A DNA stretch of 64,000 bases from Pelagomonas calceolata (taxonomy: Eukaryota), in the NCBI GenBank assembly GCA_918797485.1, contig CAKKNE010000002.1, positions 2,542,001 through 2,606,000 of the forward strand. Reading direction: 5' to 3'. The notes under the pieces are model-generated. The model searched no databases, was not told the DNA's origin, and saw nothing but the letters and a program-made list of their open reading frames with translations. Below are positions 40,903 to 52,263 of this stretch, piece by piece; positions within the stretch are counted from its first letter, which is position 1; each line of letters begins with the position of its first letter. The translations under genes were made by a program, and so were the position numbers.

Positions 40903-41242
40903 TGGGGTGTCTAAGGAAGCAGCAGGGCTGCCCTGGAAGCGGGAAACGACCATGGAGCGTGGCGGCTGCCACTATTTGTTCAACGAGAACGACTCTTCAG
41001 GCTCGGGCAGCTCGTGTGGCGTCAGGCTCGTATGGCGGCGCGTAACAGGTGAGAATGTTATGGTATACCTAGGTATGTATGGTATGTGGCCGAAGGGGGG
41101 GTATCTTTTTATCGCGATCGGCGCTTGCGTGCCCCAGCGATTTGAACGGCAGCGGGTGCCAAAAGTGCAGCCACAGCTTGCAGAACCTGCGCAAGCACCC
41201 TCGCTTGCAAACAAAAATAGTGCTTGCAAGTCCTCCAGCGAT

Positions 41243-43108
41243 ATGGCGGCCCACATCATCGGCTCCATAGGAGGCACGCAAGCCGACAGCGTGCCGATCA
41301 AAAGAGCGCTCCTCTCGGTGAGCGACAAGACCGGCCTCGTGGAGCTGGGCAAGGCCCTCGCGGCGAAGAATGTCGAGTTGTTAAGTACCGGTGGCACCGC
41401 AAAAGCACTAAGAGCCGCAGGCTTGACAGTGCAGGACGTCGCGGACTACACGGGCTTCCCCGAGATGTTGGGCGGCCGCGTGAAGACGCTCCACCCCAAG
41501 GTACACGGCGGCATCATGTACGTGCGGGGCAACGCCGAGCACGAGGCCTCGGTCAAGGAGGCGGGCATCAAGGGCATCGATCTGGTGGTGTTGAATTTAT
41601 ATGCCTTCGAAGCCACGGTAGCCAAAGGCTCGGACTTCGAGACCTGCGTCGAGAATGTTGATATTGGTGGGCCGTCAATGCTGCGGTCGTCAGCTAAAAA
41701 TCATCGGTACGTGACCATCGCGACCGCGCCCTCCCAGTACGCCGAGTTGATCTCCGCACTAAACAAGGACGGCTGCACACCTTACTCGTTGAGAAAGAAG
41801 TTCGCCGCCGCGGCCTTTGCCCATTCTGCTCGTTACGACGCGACGATCGCCTCGTGGTTCGCGGGCCAATTGGCCAACGAACCGGACGCGGCGCCTGCAC
41901 TTTTAACGCGGTCCTGCGAACTCTCTCGCCCCTTAAAGTACGGCAACAACCCCCACCAGAAGCCCGCGGCGTTGTACCGGCCGCTCGGAAGCACGGAGCC
42001 GTTCCGGGTCCGCAACGGCGCGCCGGGCTACATCAATATGCTGGATGCGTTCAACGCCTTCCAACTGGTTCGAGAGCTAAGGAAGGCCCTGGACCTGCCG
42101 GCGGCGGCGTCGTTCAAGCACGTGAGCCCGGCGGGCGCCGGCCTCGGCGTTGCATTGAATGCGTCGGAGTGCAAGGCCTACGACATCGCGGACCCGGCCT
42201 CGTTGACACCGCTCGCGACGGCCTACGTGCGCGCGCGCCAGGCCGATCCCCTCTGCAGTTTTGGCGACTTTGCCGCTTTGTCTGACGTCGTCGACGAGAA
42301 CACGGCCTTGGTCCTCAAGAAGGAAGTCTCCGACGGTATCATTGCTCCGGGCTTCGAGCCGAAGGCCTTGGAGATCCTGTCAGCTAAAAAGGGCGGCAAG
42401 TTTGTCTGCGTCGAGGTCGATCCCGACTACACGCCTCCAACCCTAGAGTACCGAGAAGTGTATGGCGTGGGCTTCGCGCAGAAGCGGAACGACCGGGAGA
42501 TCACGTTGGATGACGTGAAGACCGACGAAGTGAAGAAGGGGCCCATGCCGCCGGACGCGCAGCGCGATCTTGTTTTAGCGGCGATCACGGCGAAATACAC
42601 GCAGTCGAATTCCATCTGCTTCGCGCGGGGCGGCCAGGTCGTCGGGGTCGGGGCGGGCCAACAGTCGCGCGTCGATTGTGTCAAGCTCGCCGGCAAGAAG
42701 GTCGCGACGTGGTGGCTCAGGCAGTCGGAGGACGTATTAGCGTTGCCCTTCGTCGCTGGGCTCAAGAGACAGCAAAAAGTGAACGCTCGGGTCCAGTACC
42801 TGGAGGGCGGTTTCGATTCGTACGCTCCCCAAGAAAAGGCGGCCTTCGACAAACTGTTTGCTTCTGGGACGTGCCCTCCGGAGCTGACGTCTTCGAGACG
42901 CGCTGAGTTGCTTGGCCAATTAACGGGCGTGTCGCTCGCCTCGGACGCGTTCTTCCCCTTCCCGGACAACATGGACGTCGCCGCCAAGTTCGGCGTCAAG
43001 TACGTCGTCCAGGCCGGCGGCTCGGTCCAGGACGAGGCCGTGCTGGCCTGCGCGCGGGGCCACGGCATGGCCATGGCCATGAACGGCATCCGCCTCTTCC
43101 ACCACTAG
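41243..43108 (+). CDS. purH: Bifunctional AICAR transformylase / IMP cyclohydrolase
   Basis: RALLSVSDKTGL, STGGTAKAL, GGRVKTLHP, ENVDIGGPSMLRSSAKNH, LKYGNNPHQ, SFKHVSPAG, KYTQSNS, ASDAFFPF, RLFHH. Confidence 0.97.
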   Translation: MAAHIIGSIGGTQADSVPIKRALLSVSDKTGLVELGKALAAKNVELLSTGGTAKALRAAGLTVQDVADYTGFPEMLGGRVKTLHPKVHGGIMYVRGNAEHEASVKEAGIKGIDLVVLNLYAFEATVAKGSDFETCVENVDIGGPSMLRSSAKNHRYVTIATAPSQYAELISALNKDGCTPYSLRKKFAAAAFAHSARYDATIASWFAGQLANEPDAAPALLTRSCELSRPLKYGNNPHQKPAALYRPLGSTEPFRVRNGAPGYINMLDAFNAFQLVRELRKALDLPAAASFKHVSPAGAGLGVALNASECKAYDIADPASLTPLATAYVRARQADPLCSFGDFAALSDVVDENTALVLKKEVSDGIIAPGFEPKALEILSAKKGGKFVCVEVDPDYTPPTLEYREVYGVGFAQKRNDREITLDDVKTDEVKKGPMPPDAQRDLVLAAITAKYTQSNSICFARGGQVVGVGAGQQSRVDCVKLAGKKVATWWLRQSEDVLALPFVAGLKRQQKVNARVQYLEGGFDSYAPQEKAAFDKLFASGTCPPELTSSRRAELLGQLTGVSLASDAFFPFPDNMDVAAKFGVKYVVQAGGSVQDEAVLACARGHGMAMAMNGIRLFHH

Positions 43109-43427
43109 GCAGTGGTGTCTGATTTCTGACCGGGGGCTTGCTAAGGATCCCGGAGAGACTCCCGCAAAAAGCGACTAGGGGGTCGCGCGCCGTGTAAAAC
43201 CCGAACCCGAACCCGATGCGAAAAAAGTAGCACACAGCCACACAAGCAGCGCCGCCGTCGGCTCGGGCGCGCTCCGCACGCTGTCACATCGTGGCCACGA
43301 CGAGGCAGCCTCGTCTGCGCCCACTGGTACGCCACCGAGCAGCAAGTGAGCCGAATCATCGGGCTGCCCATCTACGCGACAGCCCATACTCACGAACACG
43401 TAGACGCCCTCGACGCAACAGTAAGCC

Positions 43428-43622
43428 ATGGGGCAGCCCATCTACGCGACGCCGACCAAGCCGTTCCTGACGAATACTTATCTTGAGCTCTACGTCATTA
43501 TCGGGATCACGATCTTCAGCAGCACGGTCCTGTTCTGCATTTTTAAAGACGTGAAGCGACGGGACGCGATCCGGAGGACGCTGTCCGGCGCGCGGCTCTG
43601 CGGCATGGACAAGGTGGCCTAA
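43428..43622 (+). CDS. Small single-TM protein (uncertain)
   Basis: 64-aa ORF with hydrophobic YLELYVIIGITIFSSTVLFCIF followed by basic residues. Confidence 0.35.
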   Translation: MGQPIYATPTKPFLTNTYLELYVIIGITIFSSTVLFCIFKDVKRRDAIRRTLSGARLCGMDKVA

Positions 43623-43623
43623 G

Positions 43624-44898
43624 ATGCGCATTCTGCTCCTCGCGGCGGTCGCGGCGTACGACCCCGAGAACCGGGCGACGTACCTACCGACAAGATACGA
43701 CGAGAAGGCCGATGACCTCGCGGCGCACGCGCAGCACCTCTTCGACCGGGCGGCGCGAGCTGCGTCGACGGCCCGGTGCCGGGCGCCCGTCGCGGGACAC
43801 AAGCGGTCGGGCTTCGGCTCTTATTTAAGGATCCTCGCGCACGAGGCCGAGGATTTGTTGATACGAGGCCGCGCGCCGACGCCCTTACTGCAGCACGCTT
43901 TATTAGAAAAAGGCGTCGGTAGTGTTGGAGACGGCCGGCCCTGCGCGAAGAAGCAGCTCTCGAGCTGCGTCTTCCACGACGCCTTCGTCGAGGCCAAGTC
44001 GTTGCCCATATGCCCTTGCGCGAATCCCAACCCCGTGAATTGCCGGGGCGAGCGCCACCGCGCCCTCCCCTACAAGGACGGCGAGGCGAAAAGAGCGGTC
44101 GAGGACTGGCGGCGCTTCGCCGAGACGTACCCGTTCTGGGCGTCCTCGGCCCTCTTTTCCGCTGTCTTACGACCGCAGAAGCGCCTCCGGGCGGCGATCG
44201 CCGACGCTACTACGAAGCTCGGCGACGCGCCACGGCCGTGGGTCGCGGCCCACTTGAGGAGAGGCGACGCCTGCCGCGACGGCGCTTACATGGGCCGCAC
44301 GTGTAGCAGCGGCGACGACTACGCCCGGGCGTGCTGCGACGCGGGGCGGAAGTACGGCTTCGGCACGCTGATCGTCGCGACGGACTCGAGTAGCGCCTTG
44401 GCGGAACTGACGGCGGCGCTCGCCGAGAGGAGGTGCCCCTTCACCGTCAAGGCGACCTCGGACACGTCCGTCGACGACAAGACGCGGGAGTCGGCGCGCG
44501 TCGAGGATTTGCTCGAGTCCAACGTCCTCGACTCCGCGAAAGAGTTCGCCGGCGTCCTGGTGGACGTCTTCCTGCTCGCGTCCGGCGACGTCTATATCGG
44601 CAAGTTCACGTCGAATCTGGATCGCCTGGCCTACGCTTTACTCGTCGCCCGGAAGGGCGTCGCGGCGCCCTACGTATCGTTGGATACGGCCTGGTCGAAA
44701 GATACACCCGCGTTGTTTGATGCAGCAACACACCGACCGCTCCAAAAGCTCCTCAACGAGACGCTCCACAAGAGCCAGTTGCGCAACATCACGCGCAAAA
44801 AATTGCGGGTCGACGAGTGCCGCGCGCCGCGCGCGGTCGCGGGCTGGTCCGAGACGGGGAGTCGGTGGTGGTGCCCCGCGACTACTACTAGCGCGTAA
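43624..44898 (+). CDS. GT23 alpha-1,6-fucosyltransferase-like protein (FUT8/NodZ family)
   Basis: Signal peptide, SGFGS, WVAAHLRRGDAC, LIVATDS, DVFLLASGDVYIGKFTSNLDRLAYAL. Confidence 0.82.
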   Translation: MRILLLAAVAAYDPENRATYLPTRYDEKADDLAAHAQHLFDRAARAASTARCRAPVAGHKRSGFGSYLRILAHEAEDLLIRGRAPTPLLQHALLEKGVGSVGDGRPCAKKQLSSCVFHDAFVEAKSLPICPCANPNPVNCRGERHRALPYKDGEAKRAVEDWRRFAETYPFWASSALFSAVLRPQKRLRAAIADATTKLGDAPRPWVAAHLRRGDACRDGAYMGRTCSSGDDYARACCDAGRKYGFGTLIVATDSSSALAELTAALAERRCPFTVKATSDTSVDDKTRESARVEDLLESNVLDSAKEFAGVLVDVFLLASGDVYIGKFTSNLDRLAYALLVARKGVAAPYVSLDTAWSKDTPALFDAATHRPLQKLLNETLHKSQLRNITRKKLRVDECRAPRAVAGWSETGSRWWCPATTTSA

Positions 44899-45180
44899 GG
44901 GTGGTCTGTACTCCGGCGTTCGGAGGTTGCGCGCACGCTTTTCGATGCTGGTATCTCCTCAGGCAAAAACGTGCCCTTGGGCAGCCCTTTGGGTAGCACT
45001 CCATGTACATGCGTCAACCGAGCGATAGTAGGAAACTAATCGTTATGTTAACGACTTCACTCGTCGCGGGCGGCGGAATTACGGGCGGGCCAGGCATCAT
45101 GACGTACTACTATGTTAAACGTTGGGGACACGTACGTAGCGGACGACGAGGGGGAGGGAAAGAGGGACACGACGACGACG

Positions 45181-46497
45181 TCAGGACGTGCGGCGCCGGC
45201 GCGCCGGCGGCTCGCGCGGCGACGGGACGTCGACGAAGTCGTCGTCCTCCATGGCGATGCCGCCGGGCGCGCCGGGGAACGGGGGCAGGTTCGCGGGCCC
45301 GCCGCCGCCGATGACGACCTGGAACGGGAGCATGCCGCCGGGGAAGCCCAGGGGCGGCGCCTGGCGCGCACCGCCGCGGTTGGCGTCGCGCACGTTGCGG
45401 CGGACGCCGTCGAAGAGCGCGCGGAGAAACGCGGGCGGCTCGCCGGCGCCGCCGGTGGAGAAGAACGGGCCAGGCGGGAAGCCCATCATCGGGCGCGGGG
45501 CGCTGCGGCCGCCTGGAGAAGCGGGCGAGCGGGGACCACCCGTCGCGCGGCCGCGGGGCGCTGCCGCGCCGCGGCCGCGCGGCGAGGCGCCGCCGCGGCG
45601 GCGCGCGGGCGCCGGCGCCGGCGCGGCGGCGCGTCCGCGGCGCCGAGGCGCCGCGGGCGCGCGGCGCGGCGTACCTTGGCCAGAGGGCCCGCCGAAGGGC
45701 GACCCCGCCCCGAACAAAAACGGCGGCAAACCAGCCTCGCGCGCCGCGTCCGCGAAGGCTCGAGCGGCCCCCGGCGGCGGCGGCGGCACGGCGCCCACGA
45801 AGATGGGCACGGCGCCCGGCGGCGGCAGGCGCTTCCGGCGCTCGTCGTCGCGCTCGGCCTCGTCCTTGAGCAAGGCCACAAGCTCCTTCTTCTCGACGAC
45901 GCCCTTCGTGGGCACATCTCTTTCTTCACATCTTTTGCGCAGCTCGGCGATGGGCAGCTTCGCGTAGTCGCGCTTTTTCTTCTTCGGCGCGTCTTGCAAA
46001 GGCGCTCTGCAGGTAGGACACTTGTCCGACTCCTTCGTGAGCCACTTGATCGCACAGGCCCGGTGGAAGCGCTGGCCGCAGCAGGGCATCCTCAAACAGT
46101 CGCAGCCCGGGTCCCGCGTCTCGATACATATGGGACAGTTGATCTTGTCCTTGACGTCTTCCAGATCGAACTTGCGCTTCGCGAGTCGCGACCGGCCGGC
46201 CCGCGTCGTCGTGACGACGGCTTCTTCCACAATTTCATCTGGTTGTGGTTCCGAGTAGGCGTGCTCGTCCAACAAGTGATCTAATCGCTTCCGGTCGGCC
46301 GGTCTGGCCCTTCTCATTCCTTGGGCCTGGGCAAACGCTTCAATGCCGCCAAAACTCCTAGGAAGAATAGAAGCTAACAATTGTTCGACGTCCACGGGCA
46401 TCTCGTCGTCGTCGTCGCCGCCGGGCGACGGCGGACCCCCAAAAAGCATCTCGAGGCCGCCGGGCGGCGGGCCGAAACCCCAGGGGGGCAGGTCCAT
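45181..46497 (-). CDS. RING finger + SAP/LEM-like helical domain protein
   Basis: CPIC...MPCCGQRFHRACAIKWL...CPTCR then KLPIAELRKRCEERDVPTKGVVEKKELVALL. Confidence 0.75.
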   Translation of the reverse strand: MDLPPWGFGPPPGGLEMLFGGPPSPGGDDDDEMPVDVEQLLASILPRSFGGIEAFAQAQGMRRARPADRKRLDHLLDEHAYSEPQPDEIVEEAVVTTTRAGRSRLAKRKFDLEDVKDKINCPICIETRDPGCDCLRMPCCGQRFHRACAIKWLTKESDKCPTCRAPLQDAPKKKKRDYAKLPIAELRKRCEERDVPTKGVVEKKELVALLKDEAERDDERRKRLPPPGAVPIFVGAVPPPPPGAARAFADAAREAGLPPFLFGAGSPFGGPSGQGTPRRAPAAPRRRGRAAAPAPAPARRRGGASPRGRGAAAPRGRATGGPRSPASPGGRSAPRPMMGFPPGPFFSTGGAGEPPAFLRALFDGVRRNVRDANRGGARQAPPLGFPGGMLPFQVVIGGGGPANLPPFPGAPGGIAMEDDDFVDVPSPREPPARRRRTS

Positions 46498-46911
46498 GGT
46501 CGTTTTTGGGCGCGGGGGCGTGCGCGGCACGGGTGCGCCGCGGGGATTTATTTGGCTTGCACTGGTGGTTCACTGCCGCTGGCCGCTGCGCCCGCGTGGG
46601 CCCCAGGCGTGGCTCTGGCGTGAGCGAAGGCGCTTGGCGGCGCGCTGCGGTAGCGAGCGGGCACTCGTTTTGGTTTGGGCGTTTTGCGCCGAGTGAGCGT
46701 CGTTCGACTGCGGTCGATGGCACTGGACAAGCTTCGTCTACTAGCCCACCCACCTAGACGCCTAGGCCGCCCCGACTACTCGTGACGGTACCATGGACGG
46801 TGACCACACAGGCAGAAGACTCCTGGGTGCGTTCATAAGGGCAAACTAGCGGAGCTTGCGTTTGGACTTGGATGTGTAACGAGGTCAGTGCGCCGAACAT
46901 TGGCGTCCACG

Positions 46912-49561
46912 ATGGAAGCCGCTATTAGAGGTGGCTTGACATGTAGAGTAGCCAACGCCCACAGCGGCGCCATCCACGAAATATCAGTCCCCGTAGACAG
47001 CGGAGACGACGCCTACGAGGCGCTGAGCCGCGCGGTCGAGAACGCGCTGGGCGGCGAGAAGATCGTCCTCTACGGCCCGCCCTGGCGGAGCCTCGACGCC
47101 GCCGGCGCGCGCGCGGCGCTCGAGGACGCCCGGACGGCGTCGGGGGCCGCGCCGCCGCGGGTCGTCGCGTTCGACCCGGCTCAAATACGGGGCGAGGCGA
47201 CGCACGCGAGCTACGAGGCCGACGCGGCGGCGGGGCGCGCCGTCGAGGCGGGCGTGCGCGTGCCGCGGACGCTGGCCGAGGCCAAGGGCTGGGGTTTGGT
47301 GCGGCGCGAGTCGTCGGCCGACGCCGAGGCGGGCTCGTCGCCGGGCTCGGGGCCGCTGCAGCGCGCGCTCGGCGACTTCGCGACGCAGTTTCGGTTAAGA
47401 CGCGCCCAGGGCACGACGCGGCGTCGACGACGTTTTGGGCGCCTTCAAACGCATCGACGCGCCCCTCGATGGCGTATATGTTGCGCGTCGATGGCGTAGA
47501 GGGAGACGCCAAACCTACGCAGGTGAAGCCTACGAGCGCGCCGCGGCGGCGCGCGCGCACGCGTGCGCGGGCCTCCGCCAGCGCGCGGCGGTCCGCGACC
47601 TCGGCGTCCGGGCCGCGCTCGCGACGCTCGTGGACCACGCGGCGGCGCTGACCGAGGCGCACGACGCCGTGCGGCGGCGCGGCGCGCGCCACGGCGCCGC
47701 GCAGCGCGACGCGCTCGAGCGCTTCGAGGACGACCTCGACGTGCGCGCGCGGCGTCCGGTATCATTACGCCATCGATAGCGTATATTTCTCGCGTCGATG
47801 GCGTGGAGGGAATCCTCCCATCTGACGCGACGCATCGCCAGAGATCGGAAAAATCAACGCGCTGACGCGCAACACCGCGAGAGAAGAAAAAAAACAAGAA
47901 CAAAAACACAGGCCCTCGACGGCGCGCCCCTGCACCCATCATTAGCCAAGGCCCTGGACGAGACGGCCGGCACGCAAACCGACGCGAAGACGCTCGCGGC
48001 GTGCGTGCCGCGCGACCGCGTGCGCAAGTGGGCGGAACACTGCGCGCGCGCGCTCGCCCAGTTCGAGGCCGACGGCGATAGAATAAGGGCCGTGGTCGGC
48101 GACGTCGCCCAACGCGTCGGCACGAGAGTGGGCGCGGCCGCGGCTCAAGCACGCGCGGACGCTTTGGACGCCGTCGAGGCCGACGCGGCGGTGTGTGCGG
48201 CACTAGCGCAGCGCCAGGCGGCCCTGGTCGAAGCTCTAGGTAGGGACGAGCGCGACGCTTCTGACTTGGTGGCGAAGCACTGCGTCGACGACCCGAGCGT
48301 CGGGGACCTCGCGGACGACCCTACTTCATCGCCGCGGGCGCAGTTCGACCTCGACCTGAGCGGCGACAACGTGCTCAAAGGAAGCTTGTTGGACGACGAC
48401 GACGACGAGGCCGATGATACTTTTGGGACGCCCACCAAGTCCTCGGCCGTCGCGCTGGACGCGTGTCGAGAGTTGCAGGCGCGCTGGGAGCGGCGGGAAC
48501 GCTTGCTGCCCATCATCAAGGCCACGGAGCGTAGTATAGCGCAGTGCGCTCGAAGCTGCGCGTCCCGAGCCGACGCCTTAGCGACGCGATCCCTGGAGGA
48601 ACTACGAGGTGTCGGCGAGCTCCAGACCACGATCCACGACGCCCAGGCGAACCACCTCGAGACGCATAGTGATGCGTTGGAGGCGAAGGCTCGCGCATTT
48701 GCCCAATTGGACACGGTGCGCGCTTTACCTAGAGTGCACGCCGCATTATGTCTGGAAGTGGCGCGGCGCCGTTCCTACGGCACGGCCGCCGCGGCCGTCG
48801 TGCAAAAGGCGACGGAGGACGTGGCGCGGCTCCGGGAGGTGGAGACGAAGCGTCGAGCCAAGTTCAGCCGCCTCCACGGCGCGCGGCTGCCGCGGCCTTT
48901 GTTGAGAGCCGTGCCGGGTTTGGTCGACCCGCCGGCGCCCTTTACGCCGACCTTCGCGCCGGACGAGCGCGAGCTGCCGTGCATCAGCGTCGAGGATTTG
49001 AGAGAGGACGGCGCGCCGCGGCCGCGCGCCGATTCCTCTGATTCGGCCTTGGCGCCGCCGAACCAAGCGTCATCACATCATTCTTCCGATGTGGCCATGG
49101 AGGAGAAGGAGGGCTCGAGCTCGTCGGACGACGACCACGACGACGACGACGAGCAGGCGCTGCGCGCGAAGTGCGCGCGCCTCGAGTGCGAGCTCGCGGC
49201 GCTGCGCGCGGAGGCCTGCGAAGAGAAGCCGCGCGCCGTGTCCGCCGAGGACGTCTCCGAGGCCGAGGAGGGGCCGCCGCAGATTTCGTTCCGGCGCTTC
49301 GAGCTCGGCGACGTGGCGCTCTTCCTGCCGACGGGCGCCGGCGACGGGCGCAAGTCGTACCTGGCCTTCCACCACGGCTGCCCGCACCGCTACCTCGCTC
49401 CGTCGAGCGTCGAGGCGATCCGGGCGGCGCACCAGCGCTACCCGGACTTCATCCTTGGCCGCGTGACGCGGTGCGACGCGCGCGAGGCCTCGGACGCGGA
49501 CAACCCGTTCCGCCTGCCGCCCGGCACGGCGTTCCACGTGCTGACCGTCGAGAGCCTCTGA
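46912..49561 (+). CDS. ATG11: Autophagy scaffold ATG11/RB1CC1-like; introns 47411-47522 (GC-AG) and 47741-47911 (GT-AG)
   Basis: C-terminal claw ISFRRFELGDVALFLPT..SYLAFHHGCPHRYL..FILGRV..NPFRLPPGTAFHVLTVE; LEVARRRSY...EVETKRRAKF; both introns restore one continuous frame. Confidence 0.85.
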
Positions 49562-49647
49562 CCCTTGCTGCCCTACCCTTGTCTCTAGATTTAAAGTTAC
49601 TCGTAATACTACCACAATACAATACGTTTCCGTCGTGTTTCTCTCGT

Positions 49648-50343
49648 CTAGTAGGGCGGCACGCAGTCGAGGCCCGGCTCCTCGCTCTCCTTGTCGACGC
49701 ACATGGCGTAGAGGAAATCTGTCGTCTCGCCGCCGCCGAAGCCCTCGCTCGTGGGCGGCAGGACGTCGACGCCTCCGCCGGCGAAGACGCGGAACCGGTC
49801 GACGCTGTCGTAGTCGAGGTCGCTCCAGCAAGCCCGACACCGCCCGGTGTCGCAGCCGAGCGCTCGCCGCAGCTTCGGAATGCGGCAGTGTTCCCAAGCT
49901 ATCAGGACCGCTGGCGACTGGCAGTCGTCCGTCGCGGCGAGGCTTCGAGCCGTCCGCATCGCGTCGGCGGCGAGGGCCTCGGTCTCGAAGGCGCCGAACG
50001 ACACGTTTATGTGTATGCCGAGCGCCTGTGCCAGCGGCGCCACCGTCTCGTACTCCCGCCGCACGAACGGCGGCGCGCTCGGCGACGTCGCGTAGACCGC
50101 GGCGAACCGTGGCCAGTCGCCGCTCGTCACGAGGCGTTCCAAGTTCTGTGCGCGGTCGACGCCGGCCGGCGACAGGTCGAGGTCGAGGGTCCGCGACGCA
50201 TTCGCGGCCTTTTCGCCGTGGCGGATGATCCAGATCTCTGAGGACGGGCGGCAGCGCAGCTGTGTCGTTGTCTTTCGTTGCGTGACGAGGACTGATAACG
50301 CGGATAGGAGCAGTGCTGCGGCTGCAGCCACTGCTCTTTGCAT
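49648..50343 (-). CDS. Histidine phosphatase superfamily protein with N-terminal signal/anchor
   Basis: IWIIRHGEK, LSPAGVDRA, REYETVAPLA, VLIAWEH. Confidence 0.82.
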   Translation of the reverse strand: MQRAVAAAAALLLSALSVLVTQRKTTTQLRCRPSSEIWIIRHGEKAANASRTLDLDLSPAGVDRAQNLERLVTSGDWPRFAAVYATSPSAPPFVRREYETVAPLAQALGIHINVSFGAFETEALAADAMRTARSLAATDDCQSPAVLIAWEHCRIPKLRRALGCDTGRCRACWSDLDYDSVDRFRVFAGGGVDVLPPTSEGFGGGETTDFLYAMCVDKESEEPGLDCVPPY

Positions 50344-50501
50344 GACTGCTGCTGTTATGTATTCAATCTTCTTCTTCGCGGCAGTATGCAGATAGGTGCG
50401 AGCTTTCTTGGCTCACTACCGTGACCTTACCCTCGGCTTGTGCGCTTACAATCGGTGAGGAAAACCCGTGCACAACCACAAAACCAATATTTACTCCCGA
50501 G

Positions 50502-51170
50502 TCAGACCGTCGGCAGGCTCGCCTGGACCGGATCCAACACCTCGGGGCACGGGCTAAACAGCGTGTTCTTGCAGCACTGCACGACGCACCACCGCCCCTT
50601 CGGCACGTAGGACGCGCTGTACCAGACCGCGCAGAAGAGCTCCACGGCGAGCATGAGGAGCACGATGAAGACCGCGACGTGCAACAAAGCCAGCACGAGT
50701 ACCAATACGAGCGACACGAGGTACATGGCCGTCGCGCCGCGCCGCGTCGAGTTCCACATCTTCTTGCACATGAGCTTCGGCCCGACCCAGAAGGCCGTCG
50801 CCATGATCGCGATCAAATTGCCGCACACGTACAGCACCGAGAACTTGCGGATGTTCCGGGCCGTCGGCCCGCCGATGAGTGTAAGCGTACCGCAGATCTC
50901 GAGGATGTACCCGAGCACGCAGCAGCAAATTAAGGCAATGAGACGCTGCTTGAACGTCATCGTCGGGCACATCTCGCAGACCTGCTCCTCGATGGTCTGT
51001 TCCTCGACCGGGACCTGCATGCCGACCGCCCGCCGCGCGCTGATCGACGCGGTCCGCGCTGCGCCCGCGACGGAATTCGCGGCTTGGGTCAGTGGGTTCT
51101 CCGCATCGTTGTTTCCGCCGAGGTCCATGTAGCTCTGCTCCTTCTCCTCGAGTCCGAGCCAGGCCTTCAT
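50502..51170 (-). CDS. SFT2: Vesicle transport protein SFT2/Got1 family
   Basis: MTFKQRLI..., FSVLYVCGNLIAIMATAFWVGP..CKKMWNSTRR.AT, WYSASYVPKGR. Confidence 0.88.
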   Translation of the reverse strand: MKAWLGLEEKEQSYMDLGGNNDAENPLTQAANSVAGAARTASISARRAVGMQVPVEEQTIEEQVCEMCPTMTFKQRLIALICCCVLGYILEICGTLTLIGGPTARNIRKFSVLYVCGNLIAIMATAFWVGPKLMCKKMWNSTRRGATAMYLVSLVLVLVLALLHVAVFIVLLMLAVELFCAVWYSASYVPKGRWCVVQCCKNTLFSPCPEVLDPVQASLPTV

Positions 51171-52263
51171 TGTGCGTTGTTTTGATGATGTCTATGGGCA
51201 AAGGATTGGTTGTTTTTCGGGTCTCGAGCCGAGGCCTTTTCTTTTGAGGGGCTCGCAGTACTGGTCGCGTGTGCTGCTGGAGGCACCACTGCAGCGCTGG
51301 CGCTATCAGTGGTGTACAGAACCGCCTAAGTTGTGTGTTTTGCGGTGCTTTCTAAGGCAGGAGCAAACTCGAGGAGACATCCTAGTGTGTGTGTGTTGTT
51401 ATAGCCTAACCCCCTCGCCCGCTAACGAGCGGTTGCGAAAGACGAGACTTGCTGCCCCTCACAGCCCCAGGAGAACTCCAACGGGAAGCTTCCGTCGATC
51501 TTGATCGGAGGGCGGTTCTTCCGTTCCCCCGTCGGCCGACGTGCCTAATCACCCGCCGCTGCACCCACCGACTGACAGAAACCTCGGGACTGTGACTAAT
51601 AAAGACGCGAGTCATCGTTCGTCATGGCGCTATGAAGCAAACTCTATATCAGAACCCGATTACTGACCAGTACGATGGGGGCTCATGCCCGAGTGTCCGC
51701 ACCAAGGAAGAGCAACTGGGACAGATAGGTCACGATGAGTCGATCACCAGTCCCAGAGCCGGCTCCAAGGCAGTGACTATTAAACTTTGGGTAACTTGGT
51801 CAGAACACCGTCGTTCATGAGCAACGCCTGCGAGACAAAACAGAAAGAAGAGAAAACGCACCGTGTCAACGCGGCCTTCGTGCCGAACCAGGAGATCGTC
51901 GAGCGGAGGGCCCGGCCGCCGCGAAAAAGGGTGCCGGAGAGCATGACCCAAGGTGAAGTCTGTTCTCAGCGGGCGTAGCCGCGTTCGCTGCCGGGCCGGC
52001 CTTCCCGGGACCGCCAGGGGGTAAGCTACGAGCTGCACGCAGCCTCCCAGTGTGCGGCGCGGCCGGGGGCGCGCACGCGCACAACGCAGAGGTTAGTGCC
52101 TAGTGCCTTACAGAACGCTAGCTCTGCTTTGGGCAAAGGACTCGCATCGCTGCGCGTAAGCTCGCTAGCAGCAGCAGTCTACCACAAAAGCATCGCTGCG
52201 ACCATCGCTACGCCTATTTCGACAGATTCGGCAAAATACGTACTGAGCAGTGAAAACCCAGCG

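Noticed and set aside
43196..43216. Telomere-like AACCCG repeats
   Set aside because: Only about three units in an intergenic gap; too short to interpret.
51632..51978. Short ORFs between SFT2 and PRMT5
   Set aside because: Under 70 aa, two frames, no recognisable motif; cannot be supported as a gene.
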